Source: Escherichia phage vB_EcoM_ULIM3. From it: DNA of 64,000 bases. Shown piece after piece: positions 51,859-62,227 of the stretch (the stretch's first letter is position 1; each line of letters starts with the position of its first letter). The notes beneath the pieces were generated by a model that was not told the DNA's origin, did not search any database, and saw only the letters and a list, made by a program, of their open reading frames with translations. The stretch lies in the sequence record OQ850289, one strand, 5' to 3'. The position numbers and the translations under genes are program-made.

Positions 51859-52345
51859 AGGATTTGGCAATTGCCCCACCTATGGTCATTGGGTATCTTT
51901 GTGTGGGGAAGTTGACCCCACTAAACATTTTGGCTTTGTCTATTTAGTATACTGTAAGAAAACCGGACAATATTATATCGGAAAGAAACAGCTTAATAGT
52001 GTGACCAAAAGAAAAGTTGCTGGCAAGACTCGGAAGAAGGTAGTCACTAAGGAAAGTGATTGGATGACTTATGAGACTTCTTCTGAGTATATTAAAAAAG
52101 ATATTGAGAGCTTTGGAAAAGAATTTTTTGACTTTTATATTATTCAAACCTACCACACAAAAGGTGGTCTAGTTTATGGTGAAGCAAACCTTCAACATAA
52201 ATTCGATGTAATGACAAAAAGGATTGACTCTAAGCTCAGACTCTTCTACAATGCCAATATTGCAGCAATTAAGTTTATTACTAAAGAAACTTATGAAGAT
52301 GCTGAAAAAAGAATCCATAAGGTAATGAAAGCAAACTGTGCTTGA
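51848..52345 (+). CDS. GIY-YIG-like nuclease domain protein
   Basis: FGFVYLVYCKKTGQYYIGKK resembles the GIY...YIG motif; 165 aa, free-standing. Confidence 0.45.
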   Translation: MKIKGFGNCPTYGHWVSLCGEVDPTKHFGFVYLVYCKKTGQYYIGKKQLNSVTKRKVAGKTRKKVVTKESDWMTYETSSEYIKKDIESFGKEFFDFYIIQTYHTKGGLVYGEANLQHKFDVMTKRIDSKLRLFYNANIAAIKFITKETYEDAEKRIHKVMKANCA

Positions 52346-52351
52346 TAACTA

Positions 52352-52615
52352 TTGAGAGAGAATAAAATGTTTAACAAAAGTAAAGCTGTGAGTCATGTAG
52401 CAAAAGTTGACAGCAAGATTGAAGAACTTGAGCGCATTCTTGCAAATGCCAGAGAGTCAATAATTAAAGAGGTTGAAGCTGTTGAATCTCAAATGCAGCA
52501 CCTAATGCTTAAACGTCAAGAGCTACGTGAGCATCTGGAATATATTGAAACACGAGAGCTAAAGGTTAACAGATATTTTAAGGAGTCAGAATGTTTAACT
52601 CAAGAGAATCAGTAA
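52352..52615 (+). CDS. hypothetical coiled-coil protein
   Basis: 87-aa ORF. Confidence 0.35.
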   Translation: MRENKMFNKSKAVSHVAKVDSKIEELERILANARESIIKEVEAVESQMQHLMLKRQELREHLEYIETRELKVNRYFKESECLTQENQ

Positions 52616-53346
52616 AAAACTGGAATCTTCGTTGTGGAAACACTCAAAAGCAACCCTACAGCAATGAGTATTGGGAATCTTTGAAATCTCAATCTCTATG
52701 TATGCTTGAAGAAGCAAAAGAGCTTGTAAAAGCAATTGAAGAGAAAGACCCCATTGAGACACTGGATGCTCAGGCAGATTTGCAATATGTTCTTGACGGT
52801 TTGATTTACCTGTCACAACATGACCATAATGGTGCTATGGAAGCTGTTTGCCATAACAATGACCTAAAATACACAGACAACTATGAAGAAGCTTTAAAAC
52901 GTCTTGCAGATATTGAGAAGCGTACTGGTCAAGAGTGTATCATCAGAATGTCAGTAGTTGATGGCAAAGAATGGTATGCAATTGTTCGTGCAGCCGATGG
53001 GAAGATTATGAAGCAATCTAATCTCCCTAAAGTTCAGCTTGGTGAATACATTGTAGAACTTGAAAGCCAAGAACTTTTTGTGGTAGTATCTGAGACATGC
53101 GTTATCTGCAAAGGTATTGTATGTAGCTTAAAGGATTTGGGTGTAGATGGTTTTGTAGAAGTTAATCCAATTACCTCTAAAGCAGATAAAGATTTCTGTA
53201 AAGAGAATGGACTATGGATTGCAGATATTGTCTACTATGATGGTGAGCAGTTCCATGTAACCTCATACCCAAAACTGAATTATGATGCTAATAACCTGAA
53301 GTGCTGGTTAAAAGGGGTTGGTTATAATGGATTCACAGAACATTAA
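52591..53346 (+). CDS. MazG-like nucleotide pyrophosphohydrolase domain protein
   Basis: EEAKE ... ETLD spacing matches the EExxE-x(12-28)-ExxD all-alpha NTP-PPase motif. Confidence 0.45.
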   Translation: MFNSRESVKNWNLRCGNTQKQPYSNEYWESLKSQSLCMLEEAKELVKAIEEKDPIETLDAQADLQYVLDGLIYLSQHDHNGAMEAVCHNNDLKYTDNYEEALKRLADIEKRTGQECIIRMSVVDGKEWYAIVRAADGKIMKQSNLPKVQLGEYIVELESQELFVVVSETCVICKGIVCSLKDLGVDGFVEVNPITSKADKDFCKENGLWIADIVYYDGEQFHVTSYPKLNYDANNLKCWLKGVGYNGFTEH

Positions 53347-53650
53347 TAAAGAAGGTGTGGCTCAGAAGAGCCACTTCTCAAACTACAATATCTCTATGAC
53401 GGTGTTTATGAATGACCCGTTACTTGAGAAGTATGGTGAGACTCCAGATACACTTCTGGATAATGAACAAGTTTTAAAAGCAGTTCTGTACAAATACGGG
53501 ATTGATATTGAGAAAGAGTATTCTTTTGAAATCTGTCAACACAGGAATACTTTTGGTAAAGTTGTAATGGCTCCACTCTTCATGGGTGTAGAAAGAACTG
53601 ACTATGGTTGGTTATATCTAAAAAGAAACTTGGAGAAATACCGTGTCTAA
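53318..53650 (+). CDS. hypothetical protein
   Basis: 110-aa ORF. Confidence 0.35.
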   Translation: MVIMDSQNINKEGVAQKSHFSNYNISMTVFMNDPLLEKYGETPDTLLDNEQVLKAVLYKYGIDIEKEYSFEICQHRNTFGKVVMAPLFMGVERTDYGWLYLKRNLEKYRV

Positions 53651-53975
53651 AGCAAAAAAGCTATCTTATGATGACATTATCTCAGGTGCTAAATTAGGTG
53701 TTGATAGTATCGGACAAGATGTTAAGCACGGGGACACAGTCATGTACTGTGACGACAGAAGAGGCAGAAGTGCAATCTTGTTTGGAAGAGTTGTGTGCAA
53801 GATGCGAGGTAATTACGTTGTTGAAGACATGAATGTGGATGTCACAAAACAGCTTGAAATAATTATGAATAGTAATATATCATGGTTCGTGAATTGTATG
53901 CACACCTCTTCAGTCACAAAGGTAAGTGATAAGTTTTACGATATGTGGCAGAATGAGCAAATTTTCAAGATTTAA
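53643..53975 (+). CDS. hypothetical protein
   Basis: 110-aa ORF. Confidence 0.35.
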   Translation: MSKAKKLSYDDIISGAKLGVDSIGQDVKHGDTVMYCDDRRGRSAILFGRVVCKMRGNYVVEDMNVDVTKQLEIIMNSNISWFVNCMHTSSVTKVSDKFYDMWQNEQIFKI

Positions 53976-53978
53976 ACT

Positions 53979-54005
53979 AGGGAGCCTCTTCGGAGGCTCT
54001 TTTCA
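53979..54005 (+). terminator. intrinsic terminator
   Basis: ggagcctc-ttcg-gaggctc hairpin followed by TTTTC. Confidence 0.75.
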
Positions 54006-54021
54006 TCTGTAGGATTCAAAA

Positions 54022-56256
54022 ATGATTAAGACAATTAAAAAATCAAACGGTACAGTAGTAAGCTTTGACCCAGAAAGACTGAATAAGTGGGCATCATGGG
54101 CAGATAAGCGTGGAATCATCTGGTCAGAAGTCACTATGGAAGCCATGAAACGTGTCTATGAAGGTTGCACTACAAAAGAGATGCACCAAGCTATGATTGA
54201 TGTTTGTGTTGATAAACAAACTCAAGAGTACTCAGACATGGCTGGGCGGCTACTTCTGGGGATTATCTACAAAGAAGCCTTTGGGGGCTTTACTAAGGTT
54301 CCTACGCTGATTACCTTCGTTAAAAATATGGAGAGAGCAGGACTTTGGGAGAAGATGGATTATTCACAGGAAGAGCTTGAATACCTGCAAGGTTACATCG
54401 TGCACTCAAAAGATATCTCTTACGGTTATGCAGTCTTGAAACAGTTCAGAGACAAGTACGGCATCCGTGATATTAAAACGGGAAGACTGTTTGAGTCACC
54501 ACAATTTATGTTTATGGGTATGGCTATGAAAGCCTTTGAGAAGCAACCAAAGCACCGTAGACTGCAAGATGTTATCAAGCTGTACACTTACCTATCTGAC
54601 CTGAAGATTAACGCTCCTACGCCTTATTTAAACGGTTTAAGAGCCACCAAGTCAGGCTATGCGTCATGCTGTTTGATTAAGGCAAATGATACTGCTGAAT
54701 CACTTGGTATTGCTGCAAAGGTTGCTTATGATATGACTACAAAGCAAGCTGGTATTGGTATGCTGATGGAGACTCGCACTATTGGTGATGGTATCCGTCA
54801 AAATACTATTGAGCACATGGGTAAACTACCTTATTACAAGCTTGTACGTTCATCTGTAGAGGCAAACAAACAGAAGAGTCGTGGTGGTTCAGCTAATAAC
54901 TTCTACACTGCTCTAGACCCGCAGATTGAAGATTTACTGCGTTTGAAGCACCCTACAACGGTTCCTTCTAAACGTATTAATGAGATGGACTACTCATTCG
55001 GCACAAACGATTATTTCTGGCAGTGTGTTCAGTATGATACAGATTGGTTGCTATTCTCTTACAAAGATGCACCAAAACTCTATGATATGTTCTACACAGC
55101 ATCTGCTGATGAGTTTGCTATGGCAGTTGGTCACGCAGTACATTCAGGAGTTAAGCACAGACGAGTCAAGGCTCGTGAAATTGCTAAGCTGTTTATTCAA
55201 CAGCGTTATGCTACAGGTCGTGTGTATCCATTCTTCACTAACAACGCAAACACACATACACCATTTAAAGAACCATTGAAGATGTCAAATCTTTGTATGG
55301 AAATTGTATTGCCAGTGTATGGTTTTGAGAAAGAGACAGACCTTTACAGAGACGATGCTGTGAAAGAGGATGGTGAGGTGGCTCTTTGCTTCCTAGCTAG
55401 TTTGGTTGCAGGGAGAATTTCAGAAGATGAATACGCTGACGTTGCTTATTATGCTCTTGCAATGGTTGACTCCGTTATTGACCTTATGGATTATCCGTAT
55501 CCGTCGATGCGTAACCATGTTCAGAAGCGTCGTTCTGTTGGGATTGGCCTTACAAATGTGGCTCATTACCTTGCGAAGAACTACGTGAACTACTCTTCAC
55601 GAGCAGGTAAAACGAAACTTCATGAACTTGCAGAGATGCACTCTTACTATCTGCATGAAGCCTCGCTGAGACTTGCTAAAGAACGTGGCGTGCCAGAGTA
55701 CATGAAGTTCACTAAGTATCCTGAAGGCTGGGTTCCTCCAAAGACAGCTAACAAGAAGATTGATGAAAAGCATGATGCAAAACTACGATATGATTGGGAT
55801 GACTTAGCACAACGTATCAAAGAAAATGGTGGAATCCGAAACTCTGTATTAGAAGCTTACATGCCTAATGAGAGTTCTTCACTAGCAACTAATACGACAA
55901 ATGGCTTGTACCCAATTCGTGACTTTATTTTAACTAAAAAGTCTGCAACTGGTAACGTGCTGTTTATTGTTCCAGATTATGAAGAGTTGAAGTATGTCTA
56001 TGAAATTGCTTGGGGTATTGACACCTTTGACCTGATTGATTGTTATGCAATTGTTCAAAAGTTCACTGGTCAAGCTATCTCTTCAGATTTCTATGTTGAC
56101 TACGCAAAAGCTAAGAAGGTATCATTGGCTCAAGCTTTGAAGTACATGATTTATGCCAACTCGGTAGGTATGAAAACCATGTACTACCTTAACAGTCGCA
56201 TTGGTGTAGGTAAATCTGCACTGCAAGATGCTTATTGCGAGGGTTGTGGTGTTTAG
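54022..56256 (+). CDS. nrdA: ribonucleotide reductase class I alpha subunit
   Basis: 744 aa; C-terminal CEGCGV redox cysteine pair; followed by beta subunit. Confidence 0.85.
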   Translation: MIKTIKKSNGTVVSFDPERLNKWASWADKRGIIWSEVTMEAMKRVYEGCTTKEMHQAMIDVCVDKQTQEYSDMAGRLLLGIIYKEAFGGFTKVPTLITFVKNMERAGLWEKMDYSQEELEYLQGYIVHSKDISYGYAVLKQFRDKYGIRDIKTGRLFESPQFMFMGMAMKAFEKQPKHRRLQDVIKLYTYLSDLKINAPTPYLNGLRATKSGYASCCLIKANDTAESLGIAAKVAYDMTTKQAGIGMLMETRTIGDGIRQNTIEHMGKLPYYKLVRSSVEANKQKSRGGSANNFYTALDPQIEDLLRLKHPTTVPSKRINEMDYSFGTNDYFWQCVQYDTDWLLFSYKDAPKLYDMFYTASADEFAMAVGHAVHSGVKHRRVKAREIAKLFIQQRYATGRVYPFFTNNANTHTPFKEPLKMSNLCMEIVLPVYGFEKETDLYRDDAVKEDGEVALCFLASLVAGRISEDEYADVAYYALAMVDSVIDLMDYPYPSMRNHVQKRRSVGIGLTNVAHYLAKNYVNYSSRAGKTKLHELAEMHSYYLHEASLRLAKERGVPEYMKFTKYPEGWVPPKTANKKIDEKHDAKLRYDWDDLAQRIKENGGIRNSVLEAYMPNESSSLATNTTNGLYPIRDFILTKKSATGNVLFIVPDYEELKYVYEIAWGIDTFDLIDCYAIVQKFTGQAISSDFYVDYAKAKKVSLAQALKYMIYANSVGMKTMYYLNSRIGVGKSALQDAYCEGCGV

Positions 56257-56569
56257 TTTTAACAACTATGAGGGTCGTAAAAGACCCTCTAAAAATAACT
56301 TTGGAGAGACCATGAAAGATTTAATAGAAAAACATGAGCGACCAATATACTTGCTCTACAAACCCCGCAAAACATTGTACTATGTGAGCAGCACAGGTAT
56401 CATGATAAAGCAGAATGATGACTTATGGGTCACTGGAGCATCTTACATCTCTACAGCAGATGGTAAAATCTACGCAAGACCTTATGAGATGTTTAACAAA
56501 GAGAATTGGGAAGTTTTAGACAGAAAACAAGCCTTAGAAATGATAAAGAAAGGAGAAATCACGCTATGA
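56228..56569 (+). CDS. hypothetical protein between nrdA and nrdB
   Basis: 113-aa ORF; stop overlaps nrdB start (ATGA). Confidence 0.4.
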   Translation: MLIARVVVFSFNNYEGRKRPSKNNFGETMKDLIEKHERPIYLLYKPRKTLYYVSSTGIMIKQNDDLWVTGASYISTADGKIYARPYEMFNKENWEVLDRKQALEMIKKGEITL

Positions 56570-57639
56570 TTAACCAGCACCCAATCTTTTTAGGTGGTGA
56601 GAGAAAAACTTTTGACTCACTTAATAAGCACTACCCAAAAATCTTCGAACTTTATAAACAACAAAAAGCACAAGACTGGTCAGAAGATGAGTTCCCTTTT
56701 GAACAATCACGTCTTGATTTTGAGAGTGTCCCAGCATCAATGTCAGGTGTAATGCTTGAGATTCTTAAGTGGCAGTGGGAAGCAGACACTCAAGTTGCTA
56801 AGAGCTTGGCATTTGCCTTTGCACCCTTTATCTCTGATGACATCTATGCAACTGCAATTATGAAGCAGTCTGAGATTGAAAACCTACACGCTCTTACTTA
56901 CTCAGAGATTGTAAGACAATGTATTAAAAACCCTGAAACAATCTTAGATGAGATTAACCAGAATGTTGCTGTACAAGACCGATTAAAAACTGTGAATCGT
57001 GTTCTTGAAGAATTACTGGATGAAGGTATAAACTATCGTCTGAGTTATGTGCGTGACTCACTTCTGGACAAAGACCCTTTACACTTCCATAAAGTGATTC
57101 TAAAAGGTCTATTTGCAGTGACTGCACTTGAAGGTATTTCTTTTATGGCATCTTTTGCATGTACTTTTGCACTTGATGCTCAAGATAAATTTCAAGGTAT
57201 TGCTCAAGCTGTCCAGAAAATTATGCTTGACGAAATCCTTCACACTAAAATTGATATTGAAGTTTTAAAAGAAACTTTAAGAGATGATGAGTGGCAAAAA
57301 GCTTTCCAACAAATTCTTCCAGAGATTAAAGTAATCTTAGATGAAGTAGTTGAAAGTGAAGAGAAATGGTCGTATTATATCTTCTCCGAAGGACGTGCTG
57401 TAGTTGGGTTAAATACAAAGCTTCTTCATGAGTGGGTTTACTATAATGCTGCCCCACTGTATGATATGTTTGGCATTCCCAGAGATTTTGTAGCTCCTAA
57501 AGAACCACCTTTGAAGTATATGATTAAGAAGATGGAAATTGATAAAGAGCAGAATGCTAATCAGGAGCAACAGAACGGTGCGTATTTATTGAATACTATT
57601 GTAGATGATTTGAATAGTGGATTTTTAGAGGTTCCTTAA
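56566..57639 (+). CDS. nrdB: ribonucleotide reductase class I beta subunit
   Basis: 357 aa; start set at ATG 56566 with AAGGAG RBS rather than 56506; immediately downstream of nrdA. Confidence 0.8.
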   Translation: MINQHPIFLGGERKTFDSLNKHYPKIFELYKQQKAQDWSEDEFPFEQSRLDFESVPASMSGVMLEILKWQWEADTQVAKSLAFAFAPFISDDIYATAIMKQSEIENLHALTYSEIVRQCIKNPETILDEINQNVAVQDRLKTVNRVLEELLDEGINYRLSYVRDSLLDKDPLHFHKVILKGLFAVTALEGISFMASFACTFALDAQDKFQGIAQAVQKIMLDEILHTKIDIEVLKETLRDDEWQKAFQQILPEIKVILDEVVESEEKWSYYIFSEGRAVVGLNTKLLHEWVYYNAAPLYDMFGIPRDFVAPKEPPLKYMIKKMEIDKEQNANQEQQNGAYLLNTIVDDLNSGFLEVP

Positions 57640-57881
57640 TGACTTATGTAATTTACTCCAAAACTGGATGCCCTCAGTGTGAGACTGCAAAGAATTTTGC
57701 GAAAGCTCGTGGTATTGACCATGTTGTGAGAATGTTAGGGCAGGATTATGAACTGCCAGACCTGATGGATATTGCACAGATGCCAGTTCGTCAGATGCCA
57801 TTCATCATGAAAACTGACGGTCAAAACCTAAAACCTGTTGGGACGCTACAGAATTTTATGGCAGAGGTGAATAATGCTTAA
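57639..57881 (+). CDS. glutaredoxin/NrdH-like redoxin
   Basis: 80 aa with CPQC active-site motif. Confidence 0.7.
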   Translation: MTYVIYSKTGCPQCETAKNFAKARGIDHVVRMLGQDYELPDLMDIAQMPVRQMPFIMKTDGQNLKPVGTLQNFMAEVNNA

Positions 57882-58080
57882 ACGCATTTGGGAAGGTTTG
57901 GTTGTTGATGCACCAGCTATTGTGATTGGTATGCTGATTGTTAACCTATTTACTGACTTTGAACAAGGTTCATTGTTTGGAGCCATGTTACTATGGGTTA
58001 TCTTCGAAATATTAGAGATACAGCTAGGCATCACTGAAAAACTAAGAAAACTCGTTTCAAAGTTTTCTAAAAAGATTTAA
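57874..58080 (+). CDS. small membrane protein
   Basis: 68 aa, hydrophobic. Confidence 0.3.
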   Translation: MLKRIWEGLVVDAPAIVIGMLIVNLFTDFEQGSLFGAMLLWVIFEILEIQLGITEKLRKLVSKFSKKI

Positions 58081-58085
58081 AATGA

Positions 58086-58110
58086 AAGGGTCTCTTCGGA
58101 GACCTTTTTA
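58086..58110 (+). terminator. intrinsic terminator
   Basis: gggtctc-ttcg-gagacc hairpin followed by TTTTTA. Confidence 0.75.
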
Positions 58111-58128
58111 GCATGTAAAGGTGCAATA

Positions 58129-60273
58129 ATGAACAAAGTACAGATTATTAAAAAGAATGGCTCACTTGAAGAACCTGATATCAAAAAAGTTTTAGCAGCA
58201 GTAACTAAGTCAGCTAACAGGGTTGGATATAAAGAACTCCCACCAGATGTTACCCAAGCTCTTGAGTCAGCATTCATGAGGATTCTGGTAAAGTCCACTA
58301 AGCAGAATAATTTACTCATCTCAGTCAATGATATTCACAGCATTGTTGAGGGTGCTTTGGCAGAAGTCAATCACGAGATTTATGAGTCTTACTCAACATA
58401 CAGAAATTACCGGAAAGAGGTTGCTCAAAATTGGGATGAGCTTTACCAAAAGACTAGAGACACGCTCTTCTTAGGTGACCGTGAAAACGCTAACTTTGAC
58501 AGCAGTTTAATTTCTACAAAAGGTTCAATTATTCGTGGTTACCTGACTAAAGAAATCTTTAAGCAGTACCATTTAACACCAGAGGAACTTGAAGCCATTG
58601 AAAAAGGGTTTATCTACATCCATGACTTAAGAGACCTGATTTTTGGCGGCATTAACTGTTGCTTGTTTGACATTGGTAAAGTACTGAAAGGTGGCTTTGA
58701 AATGTCTGGCATCGAATACTGTGAACCGAAGTCTGTACTGTCAGCCTTACAGGTTATTGGTGATGTAGTTCTTTCAGCAACTGCACAGCAATTTGGCGGC
58801 TTTACTTTAGCAGAGATTGATAAGGTACTTGTACCGTATGCTAAGAAGTCTCTACGCTACCATGCTGAGAAAGCAGCATCTTATGGTATTCCTAAAGAAC
58901 ATTACCATAATTATATCATGGAGCAGCTACAGATTGAATTAACTCAAGGTTTTCAGTCACTTGAAATGAAACTGAACACTGTACCTTGCAGCCGTGGTGA
59001 TTTCGCATTCACAACTTTAACATTTGGTTTACTTGACTCAGATATGTCTAATGAAGACAACCGACTACAATACATGATTGCAAGTACTCTCCTAGATGTT
59101 CGTATGAATGGACAAGGTAAGAGCAAAAAACCTGTTGTATTCCCTAAACTTGTTTATATCTACGACCAGAAGAGACATGATGAAAATATCTGTCAAGGTC
59201 ACCTGTACAGTAAAGCTATTGAGTGTTGCTCTAAAGCAATGTATCCAGATTTCTTAAGTGTATCTGGTCATGGTGCTGTAGCAGAGGCTTTTGAGCGTTC
59301 TGGTAAGGTGATTTCACCGATGGGTTGCAGAGCCTTCTTATCTCCATATCTTAATGAGGATGGGGAAGAGTTCTATGTTGGTCGTGCTAACATTGGTGCT
59401 GTATCTTTGAACTTGCCAATGATTTACCAGTATTCTAAAGAGAATGGTTTAGATTTCTGGAAAGAGCTTGATAAGTACCTAGAGATGATTCGCAGCTTCC
59501 ACAAGAAACGCTACGAAATGATTGCTAATATGCCAGCAAGTTCTAACCCTCTTGCATTCACACAAGGTGGTTTGTACAAAGGTATTAAGAAACCTACTGA
59601 TAAGGTTGGTTGGGATATTGTGAAGTCCTTCACAGCTTCTTTTGGGGTTACCGCACTGGATGAGTTATCTGTTCTTGCTGAAGGTAAACGGCTGCATGAA
59701 GCTGGGAGCTATAGTTTTGCATACGATGTTCTGGCATACATTAACATGAAAACTGAAGAGTTTAAAAATGAAGATGGCTTCTTATATGCTGTCTATGGTA
59801 CTCCAGCAGAATCACTTTGTGGAACTCAGCTAAAACAGTTCAGAGAAATGTTTGGTGTTATTAAAGGCGTTTCTGACAAGGAATACTTTACAAACAGTTT
59901 CCATATGAATGTTACGGCAGACATCTCACCATTTGAGAAGCAGGACTTAGAAGAGCCATTCTTCCATATCTGTAGAGGTGGCAGAATCCAGTATGTAAGG
60001 GTAGCTAACCCAGAAAACTTAACAGCACTTAAAAGTTGTATTACCAGAGGGATGTTGAAGGGTTTTTATCAGGGACTTAACTTTGACTTAGCAATCTGTG
60101 AGCATTGTGGTAACAGACCAAAGGCTGATGTTGAAGAATGTGAGGTTTGCCATTCACATGATATCTCTGTGATTAACAGGGTGTGTGGGTATCTTGGGTG
60201 GACTAAGATTAAAGGCGAATCCCGAATGAACGATGCAAAAATTGCTGAGATTCGTGACAGAATCTCTATGTAA
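58129..60273 (+). CDS. nrdD: anaerobic ribonucleoside-triphosphate reductase (class III)
   Basis: 714 aa; C-terminal Zn-ribbon CEHCG...CEVC and glycyl-radical motif RVCGYLG. Confidence 0.85.
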   Translation: MNKVQIIKKNGSLEEPDIKKVLAAVTKSANRVGYKELPPDVTQALESAFMRILVKSTKQNNLLISVNDIHSIVEGALAEVNHEIYESYSTYRNYRKEVAQNWDELYQKTRDTLFLGDRENANFDSSLISTKGSIIRGYLTKEIFKQYHLTPEELEAIEKGFIYIHDLRDLIFGGINCCLFDIGKVLKGGFEMSGIEYCEPKSVLSALQVIGDVVLSATAQQFGGFTLAEIDKVLVPYAKKSLRYHAEKAASYGIPKEHYHNYIMEQLQIELTQGFQSLEMKLNTVPCSRGDFAFTTLTFGLLDSDMSNEDNRLQYMIASTLLDVRMNGQGKSKKPVVFPKLVYIYDQKRHDENICQGHLYSKAIECCSKAMYPDFLSVSGHGAVAEAFERSGKVISPMGCRAFLSPYLNEDGEEFYVGRANIGAVSLNLPMIYQYSKENGLDFWKELDKYLEMIRSFHKKRYEMIANMPASSNPLAFTQGGLYKGIKKPTDKVGWDIVKSFTASFGVTALDELSVLAEGKRLHEAGSYSFAYDVLAYINMKTEEFKNEDGFLYAVYGTPAESLCGTQLKQFREMFGVIKGVSDKEYFTNSFHMNVTADISPFEKQDLEEPFFHICRGGRIQYVRVANPENLTALKSCITRGMLKGFYQGLNFDLAICEHCGNRPKADVEECEVCHSHDISVINRVCGYLGWTKIKGESRMNDAKIAEIRDRISM

Positions 60274-60282
60274 AACTTGACA

Positions 60283-60323
60283 AGGTGATGTGGGTGTTGA
60301 TAGGCTTACATCACCTTTTTTAT
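60283..60323 (+). terminator. intrinsic terminator after nrdD
   Basis: aggtgatgt...acatcacct 9-bp stem followed by TTTTTT. Confidence 0.7.
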
Positions 60324-60427
60324 TGGATGTTAGACATGGCAGAGAGTATTATTGGGTTGTTCATAGGTTCTGTCTTACTAGGGTTCTTTTTAGGACTCTC
60401 TTATTGTGAGTTGAGAGATAAGTTAAA

Positions 60428-60628
60428 ATGTTTAAAATACCAAAAACGTTGATATACATACTACATATTCTAGTCTTCTTCTTTGGGGTTAGTGTTATGG
60501 TATGGGGTTTCTCAGACCCACAATGGAGTTTTGCATATCATGGTCAGATGGATTTATGGTCATGCTTCAAACCATTTTTAGGGTTAGCTATAGCATTCAG
60601 TGCATTGCCAACTAAGGTGAAATTATGA
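60428..60628 (+). CDS. small membrane protein
   Basis: 66 aa, hydrophobic. Confidence 0.3.
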   Translation: MFKIPKTLIYILHILVFFFGVSVMVWGFSDPQWSFAYHGQMDLWSCFKPFLGLAIAFSALPTKVKL

Positions 60629-61020
60629 TTAAGTTGAACCAAAAACAGTTAGAGTGGATTAAAGATTATGCCTCAGAGTGTGGCTCTTATGAAAAGAATC
60701 ACGTAAGATACTCAACATTCCACACGACCTTTACATTGTACATTAGTGACAACGTTCTAAGTGATTCCGTAGAAGATTGTGCAGCGTTGCCTAATGAGTT
60801 GCTTGACAAATTAGTTGTAGTCACTGGAACTTGGTCTGAAGAAGACGGCCATGAATTATCTAACGATGTTGTCTTCTACAGTATTGATAACATTATGAAT
60901 CCAGAGTACATTATGTTAATGACTTGTGCACAAGACTGTGTGCCATTGCAAAACTTCATTAAAGAGCACTGTGAAGAGTTTATTACTAAACTGGTTCCTT
61001 ATCAGGTGGTATTTGAATGA
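60625..61020 (+). CDS. hypothetical protein
   Basis: 131-aa ORF. Confidence 0.4.
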   Translation: MIKLNQKQLEWIKDYASECGSYEKNHVRYSTFHTTFTLYISDNVLSDSVEDCAALPNELLDKLVVVTGTWSEEDGHELSNDVVFYSIDNIMNPEYIMLMTCAQDCVPLQNFIKEHCEEFITKLVPYQVVFE

Positions 61021-61079
61021 GTAAAACAATTCGAAGAAAAGGTTTAAATAATATTTATATGTATTGGTGAGGTAACTAG

Positions 61080-61565
61080 ATGAATTACATGGAGATTAGG
61101 CCATTTGACACAGCTAATGGTGAAGGGGTTCGTGTAAGCCTCTTTGTAGCTGGTTGTAAGCACCACTGTGAAGGCTGCTTCAACAGGGAGTCTTGGAAGT
61201 TTAATGCTGGTAAAGAGTTTACTTATGCAAACCTCTACGGCATCATTAAGTTAATGGATGATGAGGCCATCAGTGGGTTGTCAATACTCGGTGGAGAACC
61301 TCTGGATGATAGAAATATTCGGGAGGTCACCAACATTTGTAAACGTATTAAAACTGTTTACCCAGAAAAGTCTATCTGGCTCTGGACAGGGTTTCAACTA
61401 CACGAAAAAATTCACTTAGATGTGATGAAATATGTTGACGTGGTGATTGATGGTAAGTATGATTCATCTAAACCAACAGTCAAACCTTATCGTGGTTCTG
61501 ATAACCAAAACCTCTGGAGAAAAGAGTATGGGTGGCAAGGTGATTGTCAATGGCGAGCAGAATAA
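61080..61565 (+). CDS. nrdG: anaerobic RNR activating enzyme (radical SAM)
   Basis: CKHHCEGC (CxxxCxxC) radical-SAM cluster motif near N-terminus; 161 aa; follows nrdD. Confidence 0.8.
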   Translation: MNYMEIRPFDTANGEGVRVSLFVAGCKHHCEGCFNRESWKFNAGKEFTYANLYGIIKLMDDEAISGLSILGGEPLDDRNIREVTNICKRIKTVYPEKSIWLWTGFQLHEKIHLDVMKYVDVVIDGKYDSSKPTVKPYRGSDNQNLWRKEYGWQGDCQWRAE

Positions 61566-61646
61566 ATTTAAATGTTGGTGACAGTATTGTTGGTGTCACT
61601 GAAAAGAACTTAAAACATTTTGTGAAAAGATTGAGAGAGATATGAA

Positions 61647-61904
61647 ATGGGACTCTGGAATAGTTTTAAATCAAAAGTAAAAGCAGCACTAGCTTCATTA
61701 GGTATGCTCACTGGTGTTGATGTGGCTCATCTTATGCAGAACTTCAAGATGGATGAGAAGCTGGCTAATGAGATTATGAAAAGTATCTATGTAGGCCGTG
61801 GTAAAGGTGGTAAGAAACAAGCACATCGACCAACTGGTGCAGCAGCTATTAAACGGGCAGCTAAGAAAGCTCGTAACCGTAAACGTAATAAGAAGGCTAA
61901 ATAA
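61647..61904 (+). CDS. hypothetical protein with basic C-terminus
   Basis: 85-aa ORF. Confidence 0.35.
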   Translation: MGLWNSFKSKVKAALASLGMLTGVDVAHLMQNFKMDEKLANEIMKSIYVGRGKGGKKQAHRPTGAAAIKRAAKKARNRKRNKKAK

Positions 61905-61906
61905 TC

Positions 61907-62227
61907 ATGAGCAAAGTTTATAACACTCGTAAATTACAGATTTTCGTACTGTGCCAGTTTATGGCTAAAGAGTATAACTACTACTACTGTGGCACAGGGT
62001 TCATCAGTGACAATGACGGCTCATATCTACCGTTCAAAGAGGCTGTAAAACTCTTCAATGAAGAAGTAAGCTCTAAGAAAGATATCGAAAAGGTTAAGCT
62101 AACCTACAGTAAGAAAGATAAGAAGATTATCTGCCTAGATAACTTTGTAAAAGTTACTGGAGAAGCAAAAGAGTTTATGGATGAGAGTGAGATTTCATTC
62201 ACAAGCATCTTGAAAGTAGCTCAGTAA
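61907..62227 (+). CDS. hypothetical protein
   Basis: 106-aa ORF. Confidence 0.35.
   Translation: MSKVYNTRKLQIFVLCQFMAKEYNYYYCGTGFISDNDGSYLPFKEAVKLFNEEVSSKKDIEKVKLTYSKKDKKIICLDNFVKVTGEAKEFMDESEISFTSILKVAQ

Noticed and set aside
54022-60273. Self-splicing intron or intein interrupting nrdA or nrdD
   Set aside because: Both ORFs are continuous and of normal length; the only homing-endonuclease-like ORF (51848-52345) is free-standing.
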